Positions 25,192 through 34,970 of a stretch of DNA of 64,000 nucleotides are shown here, in pieces. Each line of letters starts with the position of its first letter. Position 1 is the first letter of the stretch. The position numbers and the translations under genes were made by a program. A model generated the notes under the pieces. That model was given only the letters and a program-made list of their open reading frames with translations, searched no databases and was not told where the DNA came from. Source of the stretch: an uncultured Gammaproteobacteria bacterium (GTDB lineage: Bacteria > Patescibacteriota > Patescibacteriia > Patescibacteriales > UBA12465); assembly GCA_964616855.1 (NCBI GenBank), contig CAZTUJ010000001.1, positions 524,784 to 588,783 on the forward strand, given 5' to 3'.

Positions 25192-26862
25192 TTAACTACC
25201 ATCCAAATCCCGAGCCTGCTGGCGACGATATTTTCCCCAAGCAGAGCGTCGGCCCAATTCCCCTTTCTCTACAATATCAGCCGCCCAAGCTCCTCCCAGT
25301 AAATGTGGCAAAATTACATAGTCAGCCCCAGCCCGATAAAGATGGGCTAAATATTTTTTATGATACAAGCTGGCAATCATCACCGCCTTGGGATTATACT
25401 TGCGCACAAAATTAATCAGAACCAATTGATCTGCCGGTGAAGGGATAGTGGAAACTACAATTTTAGCCTCAGTCAAGGGCAAAGAACGCAAAAATTCAAT
25501 ATCCGAAGCATCGCCAAAAAAAGTACGAATGCCTTGATGGCGAAAATGAGAAACACTTTCTGGATTGAAATCTACTGCCGCAAATTTTATGCCCTGCCTC
25601 TTCAAGGCTTCACCAATTTTCCAGCCAGTCCGGTGATAACCAAAAATTATCGCCGTGAATTTCTCTTTTTTAATCTCCGGCTGAGCGAAAGAATCACGGC
25701 CAAATAAAAGAAAGAAAGGCATTAAAAAATTATATAACCGATAGCTATAAGACATTAGATAAGAAGAAAAGAAAATGGTAATGATGGCGGCTACGGTAAA
25801 AATTGCCAACTCCCTGCCGTCCAAGTAAAGGGCGCCAGCAAAAAGAATAATAAAACCAAACTCACTTAGCTGTCCAGAGGTCAGGGCGGCTAAAAAACTG
25901 TTACGCCGGGTGAAGCGGCGCCAACGAAAAAGAAAATATAATATCAAAGGCTTAATAATTAAAACCGTACCCGCCAATATCGCCGCTGGAATCAGAACAC
26001 CCTCAACCTGCCTAAAATCAGCCTCACTGCCCAACAAAATAAAAAAGATTACCAAGAAAAAATCTCGCAAAGGCTTAACCCGGCTAGCAATCTCTGCCTG
26101 ATAACGGGAGGCTCCTAAACTAAGGCCGGCAATAACGGCCCCGAGTTCTAAAGAAAATCCACTCCAGAGCAAAAGAGAGGCGACGCCAAAACACCAGGCA
26201 ACCGTAAAGATAAAGAGAAACTCGCCCGAAGCCGCAATGCGACGCAAAAAAGAAGGTAAAATAAATTTAGCTATAATTATAATCCCGGCGATCACCGCCA
26301 CCGCGCGTAAAACTAACCACCAAGAAAAACCAGCAAAAGCACTGTCAGGGGCAATAAAACTAATTAAAAGTAAAATAAGAATGGAAATTAAATCTTGAAC
26401 CAACATTAAACCAATAGTATAACGACCATAAACAGATTCTTCATCATGCTTATCACCAAGCAACTTCAAAACAACAATCGTACTGGAAAAACAAGCGGCT
26501 ACAGCCAAAAAGGAAGCACTCGACCAGCTAAAACCAAAAAAATGGACCAAGGGCAACATCACGGCAAAATTAAGCACAAACTGGAGCAGACCAATCAAAG
26601 CCGCCTCTTTACCAATTTTTTTTAAATAAGAGAAATTTAAATCTAAACCAATAATAAAAAGGAGTAAAACCACGCCAAAACTAGCAAAAGCATCATACAT
26701 GTGCTCATCCGCCCCCAAAAGATTAAGTAAAAGCGGGCCCCCAATAATTCCGGCGATAATGTAAGCCACCAGCAAGGGCTGTTTAATTAGACGCACAAAA
26801 AAAGCCACACTAACGGTAATGGCTAAAAGAGCGCTAAGCTGGAGGAAAAGATTAGAATCCAT
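25192..26862 (-). CDS. Kef-type cation:proton antiporter with a C-terminal TrkA-N (RCK) domain
   Basis: 556 aa. About 12 TM of a Na_H_exchanger-like domain, then a Rossmann domain (IIFGYHRTGWKIG). Confidence 0.85.
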   Translation of the reverse strand: MDSNLFLQLSALLAITVSVAFFVRLIKQPLLVAYIIAGIIGGPLLLNLLGADEHMYDAFASFGVVLLLFIIGLDLNFSYLKKIGKEAALIGLLQFVLNFAVMLPLVHFFGFSWSSASFLAVAACFSSTIVVLKLLGDKHDEESVYGRYTIGLMLVQDLISILILLLISFIAPDSAFAGFSWWLVLRAVAVIAGIIIIAKFILPSFLRRIAASGEFLFIFTVAWCFGVASLLLWSGFSLELGAVIAGLSLGASRYQAEIASRVKPLRDFFLVIFFILLGSEADFRQVEGVLIPAAILAGTVLIIKPLILYFLFRWRRFTRRNSFLAALTSGQLSEFGFIILFAGALYLDGRELAIFTVAAIITIFFSSYLMSYSYRLYNFLMPFFLLFGRDSFAQPEIKKEKFTAIIFGYHRTGWKIGEALKRQGIKFAAVDFNPESVSHFRHQGIRTFFGDASDIEFLRSLPLTEAKIVVSTIPSPADQLVLINFVRKYNPKAVMIASLYHKKYLAHLYRAGADYVILPHLLGGAWAADIVEKGELGRRSAWGKYRRQQARDLDGS

Positions 26863-26917
26863 GAAAGCTGATTAAATTAAAACCTTAGTTAAATTATAAC
26901 ATAAAAATAGCTGAAGA

Positions 26918-26949
26918 CAAAAAACAAAAACCCCCTGCTTAAGGAGGTT
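26918..26949 (-). terminator. Terminator after 27010..27516
   Basis: Minus strand: AACCUCC-UUAAGCA-GGGGGUU followed by UUUGUUUUUUG. Confidence 0.6.
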
Positions 26950-27009
26950 TTTGCCTGGGCAGAAGCATTAATGCCTCCGCCAAGTTTAATATTACCAACA
27001 ACTATTAAT

Positions 27010-27516
27010 TTATTTAGACTCCGTAGCAGTGCTTCCGTGATTACCGAGGCCTAAACCTCTGCCCTGACCATGGCCCATTTTCTGGCCCATGCCCATGCCC
27101 ATACCTTCATCTAAGCCGATAGCCTTGAATTTCTCTTGAGCCTGAACCATCAATTTATGAGCTTCGACAAACTGAGCAAAATTATCAGCGGTCACCTTTT
27201 CTAAAATCGGAGCGTCTTCGCCCATCTGGGCTTTTACCGCCGCCACCCAAGTGTCATAGTTACCGCTATTAACGGCCGTCTGCATGGCTGCTCGCTTTAG
27301 CTCCATCGCCTTTTCTCTTTCGGCGCGCTTAGCCTCAAAATCCGCCTTTTGTTCGGCACTCATTTCCGTATTTATCTGGAAATGCTGACCGCGAACACGA
27401 TTTTCAGTAGTGGCGGTATTAGTATCTTGAGCATAAGCACTAAAGGCAAAGCCAGCTGCTAAAGCAATGCTAGCCAAACTTAAGGCACTAGTCGCCAAAA
27501 TATTTTTTCTTTTCAT
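27010..27516 (-). CDS. Secreted helical protein with a Met/Gly/His-rich tail
   Basis: 168 aa. Signal peptide, a charged helical core, then the tail GMGMGMGQKMGHGQGRGLGLGNHG. Confidence 0.5.
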   Translation of the reverse strand: MKRKNILATSALSLASIALAAGFAFSAYAQDTNTATTENRVRGQHFQINTEMSAEQKADFEAKRAEREKAMELKRAAMQTAVNSGNYDTWVAAVKAQMGEDAPILEKVTADNFAQFVEAHKLMVQAQEKFKAIGLDEGMGMGMGQKMGHGQGRGLGLGNHGSTATESK

Positions 27517-27661
27517 ATATTTTATCTTCTTCCCTGGACACAGCTAAGCTATGATTAGGGAAAGATTGGTTTAATTTGTAAATTAATGAAATGATCACGA
27601 GAGGCCCCTCTGTTTAATACTACGCCTCTCCACCTATTTTCTTCCAAATTTTAATTTAGAA

Positions 27662-27686
27662 AATAAAAAAGACCTCAAAGAGATCT
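27662..27686 (-). terminator. Terminator of the ABC efflux operon
   Basis: Minus strand: AGAUCUC-UUU-GAGGUCU followed by UUUUUUAUUU. Confidence 0.6.
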
Positions 27687-27705
27687 AATAAATAGAAAGA
27701 TAAAA

Positions 27706-28935
27706 TTATTCTACACGCAAAGCCGCCACCGGATCTAAACGCGCCGCCTGTTTGGCAGGACGATAGCCAAATAATAATCCACAAAGGAGGGAAAAAACTA
27801 AAGAAACCCCAATTCCTTGCAAGGGAAAATGAAAAGACCAGTTAAGACCGAAGGCCTGAGCCACTAAACTTAACAAGAAAGAGGTGAGCACGCCAATCAG
27901 GGCGCCCAAAAGCCAACCCCAAAAAGTAATAAGCAAAGATTCAATTAAAAATTGCCAAACAACATCTTGGCTAGTTGCCCCCATTGCCTTGCGCAAACCA
28001 ATTTCCGGAGTTCTCTCCGTCACCGTCACATACATAATATTCATAATACCAACACCACCCACCAGCAGAGAAATTAAAACAATGGCTAAAAGTAGATAAG
28101 TGACCGCCCCCGTAACCGTGCCTAAAGTTGCCAGCATCTCTGCCATGGTGGAAACCCGGAAGTCATCTTTTTCCGGATTACTGATTTCATGACGATCCCG
28201 TAATAAAACCCGAATTTCTTCCGCCGTTTCTTCCGCCCGCTCAACATCACGCAATTGATGCATGAAGTACATAGCATAATCAATGCCCAAAATACGCTTA
28301 TGCAGAGTCTCGATGGGAATATAAACCACGTTATCAAAATCAATAAAACTGGCACCGCCGCCCTGCTCTTCTAACACCCCGACCACCTGAAATTTTTTAC
28401 TACCAATCTTGATAAATTTATCCAAAGCTTCCTGATCACCAAATAAATATTCCTTTAAACCAGAGCCAAGCACAGCCACCGTCGCCTGTCCGCGATCATC
28501 TTCTTTCGTAAAAAAGGAACCGGCCGCCAACTTTGTCTTGGTATCAATCTGAGCGTAAGGAGCACTAACGCCAAAGATAAAAACTTTCTTACTCTCAGCG
28601 CCATAAGAAATTTTTTGTTGTCCTAAAGAAGCGGCATAACTCTGGACGACATTATCCAACTTATCAATTGCTTCCATATCCTCCAATTTCAGAGAGGTCA
28701 CTTCAGCCGAACTAGCACTATTTTTACCCGGTGTCTTCACCTCCGTCTGCACAACATTAGTGCCATAAGATTCCACCTCGCCGGAAACTAAACGACTAAT
28801 GCCGTCACCGGCCGCAAAGACAATAATAATCGCCGCCACCCCGATAACCACGCCCAAAACCGTCAAACTGGTCCGCAGAATGTTGAGGCGCAAAGAGCGC
28901 AATGCTAATTGGAAGGCGATAAAAAAACGACTCAT
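27706..28935 (-). CDS. ABC transporter permease, MacB/FtsX type (paralog 2)
   Basis: 409 aa. N-terminal TM, a MacB periplasmic domain and a C-terminal FtsX 3-TM bundle (GIMNIMYVTVTERTPEIGLRKAMGA). Confidence 0.9.
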   Translation of the reverse strand: MSRFFIAFQLALRSLRLNILRTSLTVLGVVIGVAAIIIVFAAGDGISRLVSGEVESYGTNVVQTEVKTPGKNSASSAEVTSLKLEDMEAIDKLDNVVQSYAASLGQQKISYGAESKKVFIFGVSAPYAQIDTKTKLAAGSFFTKEDDRGQATVAVLGSGLKEYLFGDQEALDKFIKIGSKKFQVVGVLEEQGGGASFIDFDNVVYIPIETLHKRILGIDYAMYFMHQLRDVERAEETAEEIRVLLRDRHEISNPEKDDFRVSTMAEMLATLGTVTGAVTYLLLAIVLISLLVGGVGIMNIMYVTVTERTPEIGLRKAMGATSQDVVWQFLIESLLITFWGWLLGALIGVLTSFLLSLVAQAFGLNWSFHFPLQGIGVSLVFSLLCGLLFGYRPAKQAARLDPVAALRVE

Positions 28936-28938
28936 AAA

Positions 28939-30186
28939 TTATTCATAACGTAAAGCGTCAATCGGGCTAAGACGGCTAGCCCGACGAGCCGGATAGTAGC
29001 CGAAAATAATGCCAATAAGAGTAGAAAGTCCAATCGCAATAAAGATAGAAAAAGCAGAAATCACAAAATCCCAGCGGTAGCCAAGAGAGCGGACAATGAG
29101 AGCCGTTAAATAAGAAAACAAACTACCAGCCAAAAGTCCAATTAAACCGCCGATTAGCGTTAAAGCAATGGCTTCAAAAAGAAACTGGCTCAATACTTGA
29201 CGGTTGGTTGCTCCTAAGGCTTTACGCAAACCAATCTCCCGCGTCCGTTCGGTCACACTCACCAACATGATATTCATAATACCAATACCACCTACCAACA
29301 AAGATAAAGCCGCCATCGCTGCCAAAAAATAACGGAGGGCATCGGTGATGCTGGTTACTAAATCTAAAGCATCGCGAAAACTGCGCACCGAAAAATCATC
29401 ATCACTAGGCCCATCTAAGTCATGACGCTCCCGCAAAGTTTGGGCGATCATCTCCATACTCTCATCAATATTATCAGCATTATCAACTTTGACCCGGACG
29501 GCACTTAGATAATTAACACCGGCAATCTCTTTTTGAGCAAACAGCAAGGGTGTTAACACTAAATCGTCATAATTTTGAAAACCAACCTGGCCCCTTTCCT
29601 TCATCGTGCCAATAACAGTAGCTGTTTGATTTTTAATTTTTATCTTCTGTCCAATCGCATCATTGCCACCAAAAAGTTCAGTCGCAACCGTACTGCCTAA
29701 AACTACTAAGCGCAAATTTGAATCTAATTCTTCGTCACTAAAAAAACGGCCCGCTTCAATTTCCCCGCCATCTACCTGTAGATATTCGCCATTAATGCCA
29801 TAAAGAGTGGAATCATATGACTGATCGCGCCAAGACAAAGAAACGCTAGCTTGATAATAGGCGACGACCGCCACCGTATGAGAAACATTTTTTTCCTGGC
29901 GCAAGGCTTCAGCGTCATCTAGCTTCAAACTCGTAACTTTGACACCAAAAACAGAGGCCGGTGGTCCTTTCTCATCAGATTGTCCCGGCAAGACTCCAAT
30001 CAAATCACTGCCGAAGCCTTCCAATTGTCCCAAAATTAAAGACTGGGCACCCGCTCCTAACGACATAATCAAAACAACCGCGCCGACGCCGATAATAATA
30101 CCAAGCATCGTTAAAAAACTCCGGGTCTTATTGCTCAGCAAGGCCCGGAAAACTAAAGATATTAATTGTTTAAAATTCTCCCACAT
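28939..30186 (-). CDS. ABC transporter permease, MacB/FtsX type (paralog 1)
   Basis: 415 aa with the same architecture (GIMNIMLVSVTERTREIGLRKALGA). Confidence 0.9.
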   Translation of the reverse strand: MWENFKQLISLVFRALLSNKTRSFLTMLGIIIGVGAVVLIMSLGAGAQSLILGQLEGFGSDLIGVLPGQSDEKGPPASVFGVKVTSLKLDDAEALRQEKNVSHTVAVVAYYQASVSLSWRDQSYDSTLYGINGEYLQVDGGEIEAGRFFSDEELDSNLRLVVLGSTVATELFGGNDAIGQKIKIKNQTATVIGTMKERGQVGFQNYDDLVLTPLLFAQKEIAGVNYLSAVRVKVDNADNIDESMEMIAQTLRERHDLDGPSDDDFSVRSFRDALDLVTSITDALRYFLAAMAALSLLVGGIGIMNIMLVSVTERTREIGLRKALGATNRQVLSQFLFEAIALTLIGGLIGLLAGSLFSYLTALIVRSLGYRWDFVISAFSIFIAIGLSTLIGIIFGYYPARRASRLSPIDALRYE

Positions 30187-30189
30187 AAC

Positions 30190-30912
30190 TTATTTAAGGG
30201 TTTCGCCGTCAGTGGCAAAACGGCGCTTCTTCACCTGATCATCGCCAATAATCCGGCCATCATGAACACGAATAATGCGCTGGGCGTGTTCAGCGGTAAA
30301 AGTTTCGTGCGTCACTAAAATAATAGTCTTACCCTGGGCATTCAAATTCTGTAAAATTTCCATCACTTGGACACCAGACTTTGAATCAAGATTACCCGTC
30401 GGTTCATCTGCAAAAATAACCGCTGGTTCATTAACTAAAGCCCGAGCAATGGCGACTCTCTGTTTTTCGCCGCCAGAAATCTGATTAGTATAATAATTAA
30501 GGCGATGGTCAAGGCCAACGCTTTTTAAAACCTTACGGGCACGCTCATCCATCTTGCGCTTATCTTGAGAATAGATCAAAGGCAATTTTACATTATCTAA
30601 AACGCTGGTACGAGCTAAGAGATTAAAAGCTTGAAATACAAAACCGATTTCTCGATTTCGTAAATGAGCCAAAGCTTCATCATCAAGATCATTAATATTT
30701 TTTCCAGCAAAATGGTAGGAGCCACTAGAGGGGCGCTCCAAAAGACCGAGAATATGCATCAAAGTCGATTTCCCTGAACCAGAGGGCCCCATAATAGAAA
30801 CAAATTCCCCTTTTTCGATGCGGAAATCAATTTCCTTCAAAACTTCCGTAGCCAAATCGCCACTCACATAAGTTTTCCCTAGCTGTTTTAATTCAATCAA
30901 AGCGTGCGGCAT
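30190..30912 (-). CDS. ABC transporter ATP-binding protein (MacB/LolD-like)
   Basis: 240 aa. Walker A (GPSGSGKST), signature ([15 protein letters not shown]) and Walker B ([11 protein letters not shown]). Confidence 0.95.
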   Translation of the reverse strand: MPHALIELKQLGKTYVSGDLATEVLKEIDFRIEKGEFVSIMGPSGSGKSTLMHILGLLERPSSGSYHFAGKNINDLDDEALAHLRNREIGFVFQAFNLLARTSVLDNVKLPLIYSQDKRKMDERARKVLKSVGLDHRLNYYTNQISGGEKQRVAIARALVNEPAVIFADEPTGNLDSKSGVQVMEILQNLNAQGKTIILVTHETFTAEHAQRIIRVHDGRIIGDDQVKKRRFATDGETLK

Positions 30913-30915
30913 ATT

Positions 30916-32856
30916 TTAATTAGCGGCGGCGCCGTTAGTTTTAGTAAAAGTAATCACGGTGTCACCTGACTTCAGGCCGCTGATAATTTCGATCATCCCT
31001 TCATCGCCGCGTAAACCAGTTTCTACCGGCACCTCCTGTGCCACCCCATCAACTAGTAAGCGCACAATCATGCCGCCATCCTTTTCAATCAAGGCCCGCG
31101 CCGGTACTTGCAAAGCGTTGGCGCGTTGGTCGGTGGTAACAGTCACATTAGCGGTCATACCGGCCTTCAAAGATAAACCACGGCTTTCAATCTGAGCCAT
31201 GGTGCTGGCTAAGTCACGGAAATCAATTTTAACTTTATAATAAACCACGTCTTGAATTAAAGTCTGAGCGGGTTCAATAAAACTAACCACCCCCTCAAGA
31301 ATAAAATCGTCAGGAAAAGCATCAAGCGTAATATCAACCACGTCGCCAGCCTTAATCTTACTGATGTTAGATTCGGCAATATCGACTTCGACGTTAAAGC
31401 TATTATTTACCAAGATGGAAATCATGGCCTTGCCTCCAGCGCCAAATTGCTCACCCACTTCATAGTTAACAGCGGTGACGACACCGTCTAAAGGGGCGCT
31501 TAAAATTGCTTCACTTAGCTGCTGTTCAATCCCCGCTAAACCAGCTTGGGCCTGACTAACTTGCGCCTGAGCTAAAGCAAGATCTTGGGAACGAGCCGGG
31601 GCAATTGTATTGTTCAACTGTGCCTGGGCCACCGCTACTCCCTGGTTAGCGCTGTCTAAACGCGCCTGAGCAGAAGCCAGCTGCTGTTCCCCGCTCAACT
31701 TAGTACTGCTAACGGCATTACGCGCGGCGGTAATCGCATTTTCTAAATTTACCTGGGCCTGACGAACCCCTTCTTCGGCACTAGAGAGACTAGTGTCATT
31801 ACTTAAAATAGAGTTATGAAAAGCTTGAACTGAAGATTCAACCGCCGTGCTGGCAGCATTAATCTGAGACGATTGAGTACTCACTAAAGTTTTATATGAA
31901 TCTAAACGACTCTGGGGAAAATCAACGCTGGTAATGGTTGCCTCCAAGGTGGCGTAAGTATAGTCTAAAGTGGTATCAGTCTGGCTTAATAAAGTTTTAA
32001 CTTTTGCCGCCGCATTATCAATATTAGTTTCCGTCCCGTTGGCCTTAGCCGTGGCTACCGCCGCCGAAGCTTCGGTTAAATAACTGAGGGCCAGCAAGCG
32101 CGCGGTTTTTGTCTTTCCTAAAAGAGCGCTATTTTTAACGCCCAAAACATCCTCAGCAGCATCATCCTCTAAAAGTGTATTGATATTATCCAAAGCAATC
32201 TGAGCACTTAAAACTTTATCACCCAGCGTTAAAAGTGCAGAGCTACGAGCGTTATCAATATTTTTCTGACCAGTCTTTTTGACATTCTCTAAACTATTTA
32301 AAGCAGCAGCGACTGCCTGCTCCGCCGCCGTTGGTGTTGAAGCGGAACTTGATTCTAAATCAGCCAAAGCCTTGGCGGCCTGGCGATTATTCTCGGCCAC
32401 ACTTTGCTTAGTCTTCTCTAAATCAATCTTAGCCGAAGCGGCACTAGCTTGGGCCTGAGTAATACTAGAACGAACCAAAGCGACCGATTCCGTGCTGGCA
32501 CCAGCAATAATCTTAGATAAAGAAGCTTCAGCAATTTTCAAACCGGCCAGCGCCTCCAATTTCCGAGACTGCAAAGAGCTGTCATCCAGCATTGCTAAAA
32601 CTGTGCCCGCACTAACTTTATCGCCCACCTTCACATTAATTGCTTTAATCCGACCAGCCGACAAGAAATTAAGAGAGACTTCTTTAACGGGCTTAAGGGT
32701 GCCAGTTTCACTGACAGTTTGAACCAGCGGCCCACTTTCGGCAACCACCGTGGAATAAGAGGGCTCTTGGTTACGACTAGAAAGCCACCACCAAACAAGA
32801 GCGCCCACAATTATAATTACTAAAAAAATCCAAAGCCATTTTTTTGCTTTTTTCAT
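30916..32856 (-). CDS. HlyD/MacA-family membrane-fusion (periplasmic adaptor) protein with a greatly extended helical hairpin
   Basis: 646 aa. N-terminal TM and lipoyl/beta-barrel halves at both ends (GRIKAINVKVGDKV... and ...AGMTANVTV). They are separated by about 330 aa of A/S/T/Q-rich helix. Confidence 0.85.
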   Translation of the reverse strand: MKKAKKWLWIFLVIIIVGALVWWWLSSRNQEPSYSTVVAESGPLVQTVSETGTLKPVKEVSLNFLSAGRIKAINVKVGDKVSAGTVLAMLDDSSLQSRKLEALAGLKIAEASLSKIIAGASTESVALVRSSITQAQASAASAKIDLEKTKQSVAENNRQAAKALADLESSSASTPTAAEQAVAAALNSLENVKKTGQKNIDNARSSALLTLGDKVLSAQIALDNINTLLEDDAAEDVLGVKNSALLGKTKTARLLALSYLTEASAAVATAKANGTETNIDNAAAKVKTLLSQTDTTLDYTYATLEATITSVDFPQSRLDSYKTLVSTQSSQINAASTAVESSVQAFHNSILSNDTSLSSAEEGVRQAQVNLENAITAARNAVSSTKLSGEQQLASAQARLDSANQGVAVAQAQLNNTIAPARSQDLALAQAQVSQAQAGLAGIEQQLSEAILSAPLDGVVTAVNYEVGEQFGAGGKAMISILVNNSFNVEVDIAESNISKIKAGDVVDITLDAFPDDFILEGVVSFIEPAQTLIQDVVYYKVKIDFRDLASTMAQIESRGLSLKAGMTANVTVTTDQRANALQVPARALIEKDGGMIVRLLVDGVAQEVPVETGLRGDEGMIEIISGLKSGDTVITFTKTNGAAAN

Positions 32857-33034
32857 AAAGGTATAAAAATTAATCTGGCTAAATTATAGCAGAAAAAACC
32901 CTTAAAAGAAAGCTAAAAATCCAATGATAATTAAGTGAATAGCTAAAAAATCAGTTCTTGACAAAAAAAGCTTAAAATTATAAAGTAAGGGGTCAAACCG
33001 ACAAATCTTCATTAACAATTCAAACCCTTCAGTC

Positions 33035-33688
33035 ATGAAAAAAAAGCAGTATGTCCGCAAAAATTCTGAATTCATCAGAAGAAACAACCTCCTAACCCTA
33101 TGGACGGTAATTAGCTTACTGGTAGTAATTATCAGTACCAGTTTAACTTTAATTAAAGTGCCAAATAACATTTTTATTGTTAGTGGCTACGTGTCCTGGG
33201 CAAGCTCTGCCACAGTGTTGGTAATTTCTGCCTTCTTTTTGTACCGCAACTTCTCCCCTAAGGTGGCCAATAAAGTGATAAGCGACGAAATTAAGCAATG
33301 CTTCCGCACACTAAGGGAAATTCCCCAGGCCAATCACCAACACGATGCCATCAGCTCGCGACTGAGCAACCTCATTCATTACGCCGGCCACGACAGCGAA
33401 ACCATGGAAAAAGTAAGGCAGTATTTAAAGAAGACTAACTTCGACTACATCCTGCCCAATGTCAGTGAGCAAATTGAATTAGAAAGCGACTGCAGCCTCT
33501 ATCAAACAATCGGCGCTTCTTTCGAGGAACTACTCGGACACTTTAAAAGCATTGGCTGGGGTGAATATCACCACCGTCTTCGGGGAAACATGAAACTTAG
33601 TCTTCACGAAGAAGAATCTAGGCAACTAAAACTCGCCGTAGAAAAAATCAACAAACACCTTGAGTTCATATCGAACTTAGAAAACTAA
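33035..33688 (+). CDS. Hypothetical membrane protein
   Basis: 217 aa with two N-terminal TM helices and a soluble helical C-terminus. No family recognised. Confidence 0.5.
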   Translation: MKKKQYVRKNSEFIRRNNLLTLWTVISLLVVIISTSLTLIKVPNNIFIVSGYVSWASSATVLVISAFFLYRNFSPKVANKVISDEIKQCFRTLREIPQANHQHDAISSRLSNLIHYAGHDSETMEKVRQYLKKTNFDYILPNVSEQIELESDCSLYQTIGASFEELLGHFKSIGWGEYHHRLRGNMKLSLHEEESRQLKLAVEKINKHLEFISNLEN

Positions 33689-33700
33689 ACGTCCTTTGTA

Positions 33701-33732
33701 AAAAAGCGGCCGCTACCAGCGACCGCTTTTTT
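33701..33732. terminator. Bidirectional terminator between convergent genes
   Basis: AAAAAGCGG...CCGCUUUUUU hairpin between 33688 (+) and 33738 (-). Confidence 0.6.
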
Positions 33733-33737
33733 CTTAC

Positions 33738-34268
33738 CTAAAGACGACGGAGCGCTTGCCGCCGTTGCTGATAGTCAGGAATCAGGCGACTGACCAGAGT
33801 CCAAAAAGCCGGACTATGATTAAGCTCGCCCAGATGACAGAGCTCGTGAACCACGACATAGTCAACTAATTTCTCGTCTAGAAATAAGAGGCGATAATTA
33901 AAATTCAAGCCGCCGCGCTTAGAACAACTACCCCAGCGGCTGCGCTGGTCACGAATACTAATACGATTGATTGGGAATTTATAAAAAGAATTAAAGTGTT
34001 CGATTTTAGCCAAGACTAAAGATCGCGCCGCCTCCTTGTGCTGCAGATAATCTTTGCGACCACCCCGCCGGAGTTGATTATCAGGACGTGCTTGTAATTC
34101 CTGCCATTTTTCTGCCAGCCAAGCCCGTTTACTTTCTAAAAATTCCCTTGCACTTTTTTCCGAAACCCAAAAAGGACGCGTGAGTAAAACGCGCCCGTCG
34201 GCCGACAAGCTGAGGCGGAGATGACGCGAGCGTCGAACGCGCCGATGTTTTATTTCCAATTCAGACAT
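33738..34268 (-). CDS. YgjP-like (DUF45/M48-type) zinc metallopeptidase
   Basis: 176 aa. HELCHL (HExxH) with a downstream NHSxxFW, typical of the DUF45 family. Confidence 0.75.
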   Translation of the reverse strand: MSELEIKHRRVRRSRHLRLSLSADGRVLLTRPFWVSEKSAREFLESKRAWLAEKWQELQARPDNQLRRGGRKDYLQHKEAARSLVLAKIEHFNSFYKFPINRISIRDQRSRWGSCSKRGGLNFNYRLLFLDEKLVDYVVVHELCHLGELNHSPAFWTLVSRLIPDYQQRRQALRRL

Positions 34269-34270
34269 GA

Positions 34271-34906
34271 TTATTTACTATAAGTACCAACCACTTGATA
34301 TTTATTCAAAAAACTTTCAGGATGCTCGCTATGAAAAGCGGCGCTTAAATCTTGGCCAGCACTATGGCCGGCATGTTTGCCATTACGGAAAAGACGAGAG
34401 AAATCATAGACTACGCCATCAACTGCCGCGTAAGCGGGCTGACCCTGGAGACCATTGTAAACCGAGAGACTAGTAGCATCAAAAACGGCCTGCGTAGTCG
34501 CAACGACATTGTTATTTGTTACTAAATTACTGCTAGTACTTTGATAAGATTTCGAACTAGCTAAAGGATAGAAAAAATGAACGAAAATAAAGAAGCTGAG
34601 CAAAATTAAATAAAACAATAAAAGAGCGGCCTTCCCTGCCCAATTCCAGATACGCCAGCGTTTGAAAGATAAATGAATGGCCCAAGCGGTGTGAATAATA
34701 AAAGCGACCAAACCTAATCCCCCCAACCAGCCTAAATGCCAGGAACGAGCCAAATCTTGATCAATCAAACCCTTGGTCATGCCGTAGCCAGTAATAGCAT
34801 AAGCCAACATCACCACCAATAATACCCAGGCCGCCCAACGGTCGAGTTTGCACATGAATAAGTTAAGATTAAAAGTGCGCTGAGGTGCACTAGCTAGATT
34901 CTCCAT
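34271..34906 (-). CDS. Membrane protein with a C-terminal cytochrome b5-like heme/steroid-binding domain
   Basis: 211 aa with 4 TM helices. The C-terminus (SVYNGLQGQPAYAAVDGVVYDFS...GKHAGHSAGQDLS) resembles the Cyt-b5/PGRMC-type fold. Confidence 0.6.
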   Translation of the reverse strand: MENLASAPQRTFNLNLFMCKLDRWAAWVLLVVMLAYAITGYGMTKGLIDQDLARSWHLGWLGGLGLVAFIIHTAWAIHLSFKRWRIWNWAGKAALLLFYLILLSFFIFVHFFYPLASSKSYQSTSSNLVTNNNVVATTQAVFDATSLSVYNGLQGQPAYAAVDGVVYDFSRLFRNGKHAGHSAGQDLSAAFHSEHPESFLNKYQVVGTYSK

Positions 34907-34970
34907 AAAAATGATAATAAATTATTAAATGCTAATTCTAATACGTCTTCAAAAAGAAAAGCTTCTGCAA

